From: a virus
Lineage: Duplodnaviria; Caudoviricetes
Reading direction: 5' to 3' (one strand)
Length of the DNA stretch: 26,114 nucleotides
Virus record (IMG/VR): IMGVR_UViG_3300020264_000041
Coordinates: 1 to 26,114 of that record
Position 1 is the stretch's first letter. The number at the start of each line of letters is the position of its first letter. The notes under the pieces are model-generated. The model saw nothing but the letters and a program-made list of their open reading frames with translations. It had not been told where the DNA came from and searched no databases. Positions 1 through 6,627 of this stretch are shown in pieces. The position numbers and the translations under genes were made by a program.

Positions 1-14
1 TTTACTTCTAACAT
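1..14 (-). CDS. 5' end of a gene truncated by the window edge (MLEV...)
   Basis: ATG at 14-12 preceded by AAGGAGAG RBS on the minus strand. Confidence 0.45.
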
Positions 15-26
15 TTTTCTCTCCTT

Positions 27-48
27 AAAAGTGGGGGCCGTAGCCCCC
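27..48 (-). terminator. Stable hairpin with short U tract (weak terminator or mRNA-stabilising/processing hairpin)
   Basis: Minus strand GGGGGC-TACG-GCCCCC-AC-TTTT; cUACGg tetraloop; lies between the stop at 54 and the next RBS. Confidence 0.6.
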
Positions 49-53
49 GTTGA

Positions 54-419
54 TTACCAAGGTTCGCCGTGGTCTTCTGCTAAATGCTCGTAGCGGTTCT
101 CCCACCACTCTTCGGCTGCGCGGTCAGCGGCCATTTCCGATTGATACACGCTTTCAGCTTCATACCATTCTTCTAAACGCTCTTGGCGTTCTTCTACTGC
201 TTTACGTATAGCTGCAAGCATATCTGAACGCGCTTTATGACGTAGCTCTATCTCTGCATTTACGTTGTCAGCTCGTAGCGTGCAAACATATGATTTTTCC
301 ATTGGAAAATCTGACATCATTCCGACATTGCGCTCTTCGCCGTGTCCGTCGGATAGCATGATGTCCCAAGCTGGGACACCTTTTGCTACTCTAACTGCTT
401 TTAATTGAATACCTGACAT
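54..419 (-). CDS. Hypothetical phage protein (121 aa, acidic/Trp-rich C-terminus)
   Basis: Track ORF 54..491, but the ATG at 419 has an AGGAGAG RBS and avoids overlap with the upstream gene. Confidence 0.75.
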   Translation of the reverse strand: MSGIQLKAVRVAKGVPAWDIMLSDGHGEERNVGMMSDFPMEKSYVCTLRADNVNAEIELRHKARSDMLAAIRKAVEERQERLEEWYEAESVYQSEMAADRAAEEWWENRYEHLAEDHGEPW

Positions 420-433
420 TATCTTCTCTCCTA

Positions 434-622
434 TTAAGGTGTATAAAAAACAACCATTGAACCGTCTTCTGGCGATCCATTTAAGCCCCAATATAATTCG
501 TCTAACGCATGATACGCTTGGCGTGTTTCTTCTGAAACATTATCCAAGCCACGACGATCAATCACTGACTGCAAGTGTTCGATTGCTTTACTAACCCGTG
601 ATTCTAAAGATTTACCTGACAT
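434..622 (-). CDS. Hypothetical small phage protein (62 aa)
   Basis: ATG with AAAGGAGA RBS 6 nt upstream; first gene after a promoter. Confidence 0.75.
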   Translation of the reverse strand: MSGKSLESRVSKAIEHLQSVIDRRGLDNVSEETRQAYHALDELYWGLNGSPEDGSMVVFYTP

Positions 623-642
623 TTTTTATCTCCTTTAAAACT

Positions 643-681
643 CTATACTGTTAACTTAATGTTAACACCTATGAATATCAA
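643..681 (-). promoter_or_regulatory. Sigma70-type promoter, copy 1 of a conserved phage promoter
   Basis: TTGATA (681-676), 17 nt, TAAGTT (658-653); shares TGTTAAC and GTATAG elements and spacing with 4568-4606. Confidence 0.65.
651..666. promoter_or_regulatory. CtrA-consensus box (TTAA-N7-TTAAC) overlapping the -10 element
   Basis: TTAA-CTTAATG-TTAAC on plus and TTAA-CATTAAG-TTAAC on minus. Confidence 0.5.
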
Positions 682-748
682 CCCCCTAAAAGCATTTATT
701 TTAATTATTTTTAAAATATGTTAAAAAGGTAAAAAATGGAGTTTATCT

Positions 749-1132
749 ATGGAAAATATGCGTCTGCCTATAGCCCTTGTGGGTGTATTAGCTATGCAGC
801 TCGCCGGAGGCGTGTGGTGGGTGAGCCAACAGGCTGCAACTATAGAAACACTCACAGAAGACATTGAGGTACTCACAGCGGCTAACGACGCCTCTGAGAA
901 GACTAATTTAATTCGAGATGTAGAGCAAAACAGCGAAAACATTGAAGAAATGATAGATGTACTTGTTGAATGGCAAGAAGAATTTGAAGAGGCCGACGAA
1001 GAATTATGGGATGAGGTAGACAATATGGTTAACTACTTCACTCAATTGGTTCAGTTGCAATCGAGAGTTAAAACGCTTGAGAATACATTAGAATACTTAA
1101 CTAGAACTCCTAACTTTTCAGATGGTAGATGA
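749..1132 (+). CDS. Membrane-anchored acidic coiled-coil protein of the lysis cassette
   Basis: GGAG RBS; N-terminal hydrophobic helix (LPIALVGVLAMQLAGGVWWV) then an acidic heptad-like region. Confidence 0.8.
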   Translation: MENMRLPIALVGVLAMQLAGGVWWVSQQAATIETLTEDIEVLTAANDASEKTNLIRDVEQNSENIEEMIDVLVEWQEEFEEADEELWDEVDNMVNYFTQLVQLQSRVKTLENTLEYLTRTPNFSDGR

Positions 1133-1605
1133 TAGAACCGGCATCAGCTATAGCATTAGCCACGGCTGCTTTTTCTGGCATCAAGCGTGCCGTAAGTGCC
1201 GGGAAGGAAATTAGTGAGCTAGGCAAAGACCTGTCATCGTTTGGTAAAGCTATTTCCGACTTAGATTATTTAGGCAACAAGGCCAAAGATCCACCGCTGT
1301 GGAAAAAGGTTAGCCCTAATTTTGACACCTCAGCCGTAGAGATATGGGCGGCACAAGAGAAGGCTAGATCCATGCGCTCCGAGCTCAAGGATTATATCAG
1401 TCTATATTATGGACCCTCGGCTTGGGAAAGTATTGTCGCCATTGAGGCAGAGCAAAGAAAGATGCAGAAAGAGGCTGTCTATAAGCGCCAAGAAAAGATC
1501 GACAACTTAATAAACTGGGTTGTAGGTATCGCTATTATCATGGTTGGATTTGTATTGTTTGGTGGCATAATATATATAATAGGCAAATCTAAGGGTCAGT
1601 GGTGA
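1129..1605 (+). CDS. Phage protein with C-terminal transmembrane helix
   Basis: ATGA overlap with previous gene; MIEPASAIALATAAF N-terminus; C-terminal TM WVVGIAIIMVGFVLFGGIIYII. Confidence 0.85.
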   Translation: MIEPASAIALATAAFSGIKRAVSAGKEISELGKDLSSFGKAISDLDYLGNKAKDPPLWKKVSPNFDTSAVEIWAAQEKARSMRSELKDYISLYYGPSAWESIVAIEAEQRKMQKEAVYKRQEKIDNLINWVVGIAIIMVGFVLFGGIIYIIGKSKGQW

Positions 1606-1778
1606 TGGTATACGTTTTAATCTTTTTGCATTTTGTGAACACAGATAATCTTAGGCATTATCAAATAGGATCCTACGGCGATTTAGAAAGCTGTGAAATT
1701 GAAAAAGAAAAAGCTGGGATTATGGTGACGCATTCAAGTATGGCCCTGACGTGCCTCCCCGTAAATCCACAACAATAG
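1605..1778 (+). CDS. Small hypothetical protein (57 aa, MVYVLIFLHF..., two Cys), below ORF-track cutoff
   Basis: TGATG stop/start overlap; open to TAG at 1776-1778. Confidence 0.7.
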   Translation: MVYVLIFLHFVNTDNLRHYQIGSYGDLESCEIEKEKAGIMVTHSSMALTCLPVNPQQ

Positions 1779-1927
1779 AGGAGCGTAATGGCAAGTTTGC
1801 AGCTTACGATAAACACGGTAAACTGCTAATACTGAGCCACAGCTCAAAAGTAGTAAAAGGGTATGTAGATGGACAAGGAAGAAAGAGAAGCTTGGGACCT
1901 CAACGGAAACGGGGTCATAGATCCTGA
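1751..1927 (+). CDS. Small basic hypothetical protein (58 aa, MPPRKSTTIEERNGKFAAYDKHGK...)
   Basis: GTG-initiated open frame bridging the gap between neighbours; start uncertain. Confidence 0.5.
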   Translation: MPPRKSTTIEERNGKFAAYDKHGKLLILSHSSKVVKGYVDGQGRKRSLGPQRKRGHRS

Positions 1928-2183
1928 CGAGCGTGAATTACTCTTAGATAACAAAAAAAGAGAAATTGAAGACATGGATCACAAGCGCAACGCGCAGTTA
2001 AAGATGACATGGGTGGCTATCAGTGGCCTCATTTTCTATCCGCTTGGTATTGTTGCAGCGTCTATCGCCGGGTACGATACAGCCGCCGAATTAATCGCTG
2101 ACATTGCAAATATATATATTGTCAGTGTCTCGGCTTTAGTTGGCGCGTACTTTGGTTTCACAAACATGGGAAATAAAAAATGA
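1869..2183 (+). CDS. Two-TM holin/antiholin-like protein with N-terminal EF-hand loop
   Basis: DLNGNGVIDPDE loop; two hydrophobic segments; ATGA-coupled to the holin. Confidence 0.75.
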   Translation: MDKEEREAWDLNGNGVIDPDERELLLDNKKREIEDMDHKRNAQLKMTWVAISGLIFYPLGIVAASIAGYDTAAELIADIANIYIVSVSALVGAYFGFTNMGNKK

Positions 2184-2521
2184 TAGGTATACTTTCAAGC
2201 GTAGCAAATTTGGCTACGACATTTATTGATAGCAAGGCTAAGATAAAACAAGCTGAGGCAGAGACAAAGATGAAGCTGGCTACCGGTGAAATTAGCTGGG
2301 AGCAGGCAGCGATAGAGGCCAGCGCAGATAGCTGGAAAGACGAGGCGTGGACCCTATGCTTCATTGCCATAGTGCTAGGCAGCTTCGTGCCTTGGCTACA
2401 GCCTTACATGAAGCAGGGCTTTGAGAATTTGCAGGCTGCACCCCAGTGGTTTTCGTGGGCCATGTATGCCTCAATCGCCGCGAGCTTTGGAATACGTACA
2501 ATGAAAGGACTTAAAAAATGA
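2180..2521 (+). CDS. Putative holin (resembles 3TM holin family)
   Basis: SWKDEAWT, hydrophobic helices, ASFGIR and basic C-terminus; directly upstream of the endolysin. Confidence 0.7.
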   Translation: MIGILSSVANLATTFIDSKAKIKQAEAETKMKLATGEISWEQAAIEASADSWKDEAWTLCFIAIVLGSFVPWLQPYMKQGFENLQAAPQWFSWAMYASIAASFGIRTMKGLKK

Positions 2522-2991
2522 GTTTTAAATTAAGCAGACGCAGCCTAGACAAGCTGGAGGGTGTAGATGAGGATCTGCAAGCCGTCGTTAAAATGGCTAT
2601 TACATTATCAAAAGTAGACTTTGGCGTCATTCAAGGCATGAGAACTCTCGAACAGCAAAAAGAGCTTGTAGCCTCCGGGGCCAGCCAAACGTTAAAATCT
2701 AAACACTTAGATGGTAAGGCTGTCGATCTTATGGCATACGTCAACGGACGCGCTTGCTGGGAGCTTAATGTGTATGATGACATAGCTGACGCTATGAAAG
2801 AAGCGGCCATACAGATAGGCGTTCCTATTTGTTGGGGAGCTGCATGGGGTACGCCTCAAGCTAAATATCCAATGGATATTCGTAAGTGGGAAGGCACAAT
2901 GGAAGAGGCTATGAATGCATACATAGATCTCAGAAGATCTCAATCCAGACGACCCTTCATTGATGGCCCTCACTTCGAAAAGATAGACTAA
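2518..2991 (+). CDS. Endolysin, M15 family Zn-peptidase (L-Ala-D-Glu peptidase-like)
   Basis: MSFKLSRRS start, GMRTLEQQ, SKHLDGKAVD (SxHxxGxAxD) and DGPHFE motifs. Confidence 0.92.
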   Translation: MSFKLSRRSLDKLEGVDEDLQAVVKMAITLSKVDFGVIQGMRTLEQQKELVASGASQTLKSKHLDGKAVDLMAYVNGRACWELNVYDDIADAMKEAAIQIGVPICWGAAWGTPQAKYPMDIRKWEGTMEEAMNAYIDLRRSQSRRPFIDGPHFEKID

Positions 2992-3653
2992 GTAGGCCAG
3001 TACTGAGGTAGCTTATCTTTAAACTTTCTACGCATTCCATTTTTATAAAAGAAGCTTTGTTGTCCATTTAATAGAGTTTTATTAACCAGTTCATCACTGT
3101 AAATATGTTTTAATTTTACTTTACGGTCTGATAGCGGAACAAGATGAGCTATAGTTTCTTGAAATTTTATATCAATCGTGCGGTGAGTGTTCCTTGGATA
3201 ATAAGCAAAAATGTTGCACTGACGATTGTGGTAAAAATCTAAAACTCCTGTTGGGATTTTAAAATCAATAAAATTAAATGGAGTGTTTGTTAAAACAAAT
3301 GAAACTCGTTCTTTACATCTTATAAAGTAAGGCGGCCTTAATTTAATAATTTCAAAATTTTTCTTGTTGTTAAAACCTTTTGCTTGAGAGCTGTGATCAT
3401 CAAACAAAATTTCTTGAGAACCTTTAAAATCTATACCTTCAGGCATAATATCTATTTTTAGATCGCACCACATTTTGAGGTCTATAGCTCTCTTATTCAT
3501 TTCAATTAAGCCATAACATGACCCAATATTTATAGGCTCGTCTTTTTTATCAGACATATAGGGCTTTTTGTTTGCATGAGTGTTAGAAACAAGATGAATA
3601 TCTTGATACATCTCAGGCATAATAACTTCTAATACTATAGGCTTTTTAAACAT
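2988..3653 (-). CDS. Hypothetical AT-rich protein, distant relative of 14127..14828 (DUF6065-like)
   Basis: 221 aa; similar motif order (C..L, WCD, K..P, G.lD, t.....P) to 14127..14828. Confidence 0.7.
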   Translation of the reverse strand: MFKKPIVLEVIMPEMYQDIHLVSNTHANKKPYMSDKKDEPINIGSCYGLIEMNKRAIDLKMWCDLKIDIMPEGIDFKGSQEILFDDHSSQAKGFNNKKNFEIIKLRPPYFIRCKERVSFVLTNTPFNFIDFKIPTGVLDFYHNRQCNIFAYYPRNTHRTIDIKFQETIAHLVPLSDRKVKLKHIYSDELVNKTLLNGQQSFFYKNGMRRKFKDKLPQYWPT

Positions 3654-3680
3654 TTTTTCTCCACACTTCGAACTTTTAGG

Positions 3681-3899
3681 TTAAGTATCTGCCTCAGGCC
3701 GTATCTTTGGTCTAGGTATAGGTTTACTAATTTTATCTGATTTTTTACAAAGCATCGCTTCTGCATTTAATCGTATGTAAAGTGGTCCGTTATCTATCAT
3801 TGCCTCTAAACATTTCTTTTCGCTTTCGTACCAAATCACGCTGTAAACATTCGTATTGGCGACAGTATAATAAATAAAAAGTCCAGTAATAAATTCCAT
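3681..3899 (-). CDS. Small hypothetical protein (72 aa; hydrophobic N-terminus, two Cys, PRPKIRP tail)
   Basis: ATG at 3899 with AGAGGAG RBS; the longer track start (3989) runs through a hairpin. Confidence 0.7.
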   Translation of the reverse strand: MEFITGLFIYYTVANTNVYSVIWYESEKKCLEAMIDNGPLYIRLNAEAMLCKKSDKISKPIPRPKIRPEADT

Positions 3900-3914
3900 T
3901 GTTTCAACTCCTCT

Positions 3915-3987
3915 TTCTGTTAGACAGAAGTTCGCGGCGGCGACGTTGTAATACTCCGGGTGTATTGTAACACATAATCGCCGCCGC
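3915..3987. other. Structured intergenic element (long hairpin plus small hairpin)
   Basis: GCGGCGGCGA (3934-3943)/TCGCCGCCGC (3978-3987) enclosing a second near-complementary stem; TTCTGT/ACAGAA hairpin at 3915-3929. Confidence 0.6.
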
Positions 3988-3992
3988 ACGAA

Positions 3993-4316
3993 TTACCTAG
4001 GTAATCCGTATCTGTTTTTCACTTGTAATACTGCCTGCCTCGAACAACCTAGCACCTGACCACACTCTTTCGGTGTGAGGCCCTTTTGTAAAAGTAGATT
4101 AACTTTTTTGGCTTTTTCTGAAAGCTCTAATTTTATTTCAAGTTCCTCTATATCTTCTACCGGTTTATTTTTTGTAAAGTTCTCAGCCATAGCATTGCTT
4201 GGCTGGTAACAGTTTCTTTTTTCACGCTGGTCCTTACGCTCCTTGACGCGCAATCCTTCCCAAGCTTTACGGTATGCATTTTCATACATTTCTCTTGTTA
4301 AGTTACTTTTCACCAA
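3993..4316 (-). CDS. Putative HTH DNA-binding protein
   Basis: C-terminal GLTPKECGQVLGCSRQAVLQVK helix-turn-helix pattern; GAGGAGG RBS (GTG at 4313 is an alternative start). Confidence 0.75.
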   Translation of the reverse strand: MVKSNLTREMYENAYRKAWEGLRVKERKDQREKRNCYQPSNAMAENFTKNKPVEDIEELEIKLELSEKAKKVNLLLQKGLTPKECGQVLGCSRQAVLQVKNRYGLPR

Positions 4317-4458
4317 GCTTCCTCCTCAACATATCAAGTAGTGTAAGCATTTCACCGCTATGATGCACGTTAGGGCTACCGCTACGTTTTTGATCATCTC
4401 TGACGATCTCAATTTTTCTCTGTAATCTTTTGAGAATTTTTTCTACATCTTCATTCAT
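4303..4458 (-). CDS. Small hypothetical protein (51 aa, MNEDVEKILKRLQRK...)
   Basis: AGGAG RBS 7 nt upstream of ATG 4458; open to TAA at 4303; fills the operon gap. Confidence 0.65.
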   Translation of the reverse strand: MNEDVEKILKRLQRKIEIVRDDQKRSGSPNVHHSGEMLTLLDMLRRKLGEK

Positions 4459-4460
4459 GA

Positions 4461-4547
4461 TCATACTCCTGATGCTGCAATTGCCATTTCATATATTAAC
4501 CATACCATAACCAGTAAGAATAATATTGCGCTATCTGATCTAGTCAT
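4461..4547 (-). CDS. 28-aa single-TM micropeptide (MTRSDSAILFLLVMVWLIYEMAIAASGV)
   Basis: GGAGA RBS 6 nt upstream; first ORF after the conserved promoter. Confidence 0.6.
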   Translation of the reverse strand: MTRSDSAILFLLVMVWLIYEMAIAASGV

Positions 4548-4567
4548 TTTAGTTCTCCATTTTGTTA

Positions 4568-4606
4568 CTATACCGTAGACATAAAGTTAACAAAAGATAA
4601 ACGCAA
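4568..4606 (-). promoter_or_regulatory. Sigma70-type promoter, copy 2 of the conserved phage promoter
   Basis: TTGCGT (4606-4601), 17 nt, TATGTC; TGTTAAC, GTATAG, GGAGA and ATG in the same register as 620-681. Confidence 0.6.
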
Positions 4607-4607
4607 G

Positions 4608-4638
4608 AAAAAAAATGCCCCACTCGAGGATGGGGCAT
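4608..4638 (-). terminator. Rho-independent terminator
   Basis: ATGCCCCA/TGGGGCAT 8-bp stem, 8-nt loop, run of T on the minus strand. Confidence 0.85.
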
Positions 4639-4673
4639 AGTTTGGGAGAACAGTAAATGTATTAACTGCGGTG
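4608..4673 (-). ncRNA. Candidate sRNA A (about 65 nt, CUCCCA anti-SD motif)
   Basis: Promoter-like TTGTAA (4707-4702), 17 nt, TAACAA upstream; no ORF; ends at the terminator. Confidence 0.45.
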
Positions 4674-4696
4674 ATTAATTGTTAGCACGAAGCAAT

Positions 4697-4725
4697 TTGC
4701 ATTACAACTTTAACTGATTTAAAAT
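4697..4725 (+). promoter_or_regulatory. Sigma70-type promoter for the lone plus-strand gene
   Basis: TTGCAT (4697-4702), 17 nt, TAAAAT (4720-4725). Confidence 0.6.
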
Positions 4726-4747
4726 GTTTTAAAATATGGAGGGAACC

Positions 4748-4918
4748 ATGCTTACTACTGAACAAAACGAACTAATCAAACAATTATCTCAAGCTCACAG
4801 AATACCTAACCCAATTGCTTTATTTAAGTTTTGCGAAGAGGCGGCTGAATTAATTGTAGAGCTTGATAAAAAACTAGACCAGTCCCAGGCAAAAAGACCA
4901 AAGAAATCAAAGACTTAG
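4748..4918 (+). CDS. Small hypothetical protein (56 aa), counter-oriented
   Basis: GGAGG RBS before ATG 4748 (track start 4736); own promoter; basic C-terminus. Confidence 0.7.
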   Translation: MLTTEQNELIKQLSQAHRIPNPIALFKFCEEAAELIVELDKKLDQSQAKRPKKSKT

Positions 4919-6624
4919 TCAGGTATTGTTAAAAGCCCACCAGTCGATCTAAGTAGCTGCTCTTGCATAATTTTAGTTATTGCATCCTGTGATCCCATAG
5001 GAAGTAGATCTTGCTGACTTCTGGCAATGTATCCCGGGATAAAATCTCTTACGGCTTGAGCAATACCACCAACATCTCGACGGCTACCAGCGGCCACTGT
5101 CGGCAGTGGTGCAAGCACTTCTGACGCTGCCCTTGATATTTCTGCTAAGTCTGTTCCTCTAAGTCTGGTAGTGGCTGTGACGCCTTCTCTATTCTTAATA
5201 GCGGTATCTAATGCATTTGGAGTAATTATGCCGCTGGCAGCGTCAGTACCTTTACCAGAGACTGCCTTCTCAGCCGTTAACAGGGCTCTATAATCGCTAC
5301 GTGTTTTTTGCAACGTCGGTAAAAGTTTAGGGTTATACTTTAACACGTTACGCTCGATCATATCGTCAATAACTTCTAAAACATCGTTGGCTAAATCATA
5401 ATTAACATCGTCGGCAGATCTAAGAGATGACTTCATTACTTTTCGTAAATTTTCTCTAGCTAATTTAAGTTGTGCATAAGAAATTGCATCTCCTGTTACA
5501 GCGCTATTAGAAAATTCGTCTATTATCTTTTTAGTTTTTCCAACTATATTTCCTATGGAAAGCATTTCATTTGCATCGTCAAATAATCTTAAAAGTTTTT
5601 CACCTTCAGTTATGTCAAAACCTTCTTTTACAGATGCCTCTGCATCATCAAAAACTTTACCAAGCTCTTTAGCTCTTTTTTCAATTACATTTGGAGTTGC
5701 AAGACCGTCCTCTATCCCAGCTCTCTGCAATACCATTTTTGTTAAGTCTGTTTTCTGGGTAAGTGTAGGCTCAACAACATCCTCTAATTTTTGCAAAGTT
5801 GCAGATCCTATTTGCTGTCCAGCGGAAATATTTCCCATTCCCATTTGTTTTAATAGATCTACGTTTGCGGCTCTCTGTGAGCCCTGCACATTGCCGTAAA
5901 TTTGATCGGCGGGGCCAAGGGTCATTCTTCTACTGATTGACTGCGTGACGGGGGCGGTAACGGCTGGTGTTCCTAATGCCGCTGCAAATCTAGCTAAACT
6001 TTCATACTCAGGTGCATACTTTCTAGCAGTCTGTCCGGCAAGCTCACTAGATGCTCCCGGGATAAGACTTGAAACAATAGATCTAACTGGCCCACCGATT
6101 GGTAACGCCGCTGCGCCTCCAGCAAATTCCATTATTGTTCCAGCATATTCTCCGGGGACAGTTTGAGGTTCATACTCAGTGGCTCCTCCGGTAAGGTTTG
6201 AAATGCCCTGTCTGATGCTTGGCATATTTTCTTTATTTGGCAATAAACCGGCAGGGCCAAATAATCGAGCAAAATCTTTCATAACTTTTGAGTTATTTTT
6301 TAATTTTTCACCATCCATACCCAGAAGCTTCATAAGCTGTATAGCTCCATCAATACCAACTTCCTGTGCATAAGGTAATATATTAGCGACGAAGTCTAAG
6401 GCTGCTCCAGCTCCAGCTCCGGCCTTCGGTAGAGATTTAATAACGTCATCTATTTCAGATGGAGTTTGCGCTGCTTCTATACTAGCTTTTCTTGCTTTTA
6501 ATTGTTCGTATTCTGCATCTAATATAGACGCTTCTTCTATAGCCTGATCTGATCCATCAGCTAATGCTGCTCTTATAGCTTTTTCGTATTGAGCTAATAA
6601 TTCGTCTAAGTTTTCGTTTTCCAT
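4915..6624 (-). CDS. Large internal virion / DNA ejection protein
   Basis: 569 aa, Ala/Gly-rich and helical; last gene of the structural operon, the position of P22 gp16-like genes; YEPQTVPGEYAGTIMEF segment. Confidence 0.65.
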   Translation of the reverse strand: MENENLDELLAQYEKAIRAALADGSDQAIEEASILDAEYEQLKARKASIEAAQTPSEIDDVIKSLPKAGAGAGAALDFVANILPYAQEVGIDGAIQLMKLLGMDGEKLKNNSKVMKDFARLFGPAGLLPNKENMPSIRQGISNLTGGATEYEPQTVPGEYAGTIMEFAGGAAALPIGGPVRSIVSSLIPGASSELAGQTARKYAPEYESLARFAAALGTPAVTAPVTQSISRRMTLGPADQIYGNVQGSQRAANVDLLKQMGMGNISAGQQIGSATLQKLEDVVEPTLTQKTDLTKMVLQRAGIEDGLATPNVIEKRAKELGKVFDDAEASVKEGFDITEGEKLLRLFDDANEMLSIGNIVGKTKKIIDEFSNSAVTGDAISYAQLKLARENLRKVMKSSLRSADDVNYDLANDVLEVIDDMIERNVLKYNPKLLPTLQKTRSDYRALLTAEKAVSGKGTDAASGIITPNALDTAIKNREGVTATTRLRGTDLAEISRAASEVLAPLPTVAAGSRRDVGGIAQAVRDFIPGYIARSQQDLLPMGSQDAITKIMQEQLLRSTGGLLTIPD

Positions 6625-6627
6625 CTA

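Noticed and set aside
721-1023. Ser-rich 100-aa minus-strand ORF
   Set aside because: Antisense shadow of the acidic plus-strand gene 749..1132
1788-1829. ATG with good GAGGAG RBS giving a 13-aa ORF in frame with 1869..2183
   Set aside because: Several different stop codons intervene, so read-through is implausible; the overlapping 58-aa frame explains the region
2158-2973. Minus-strand ORFs 2158..2370 and 2707..2973
   Set aside because: Shadows of the holin and endolysin genes; no lipobox to suggest an embedded spanin
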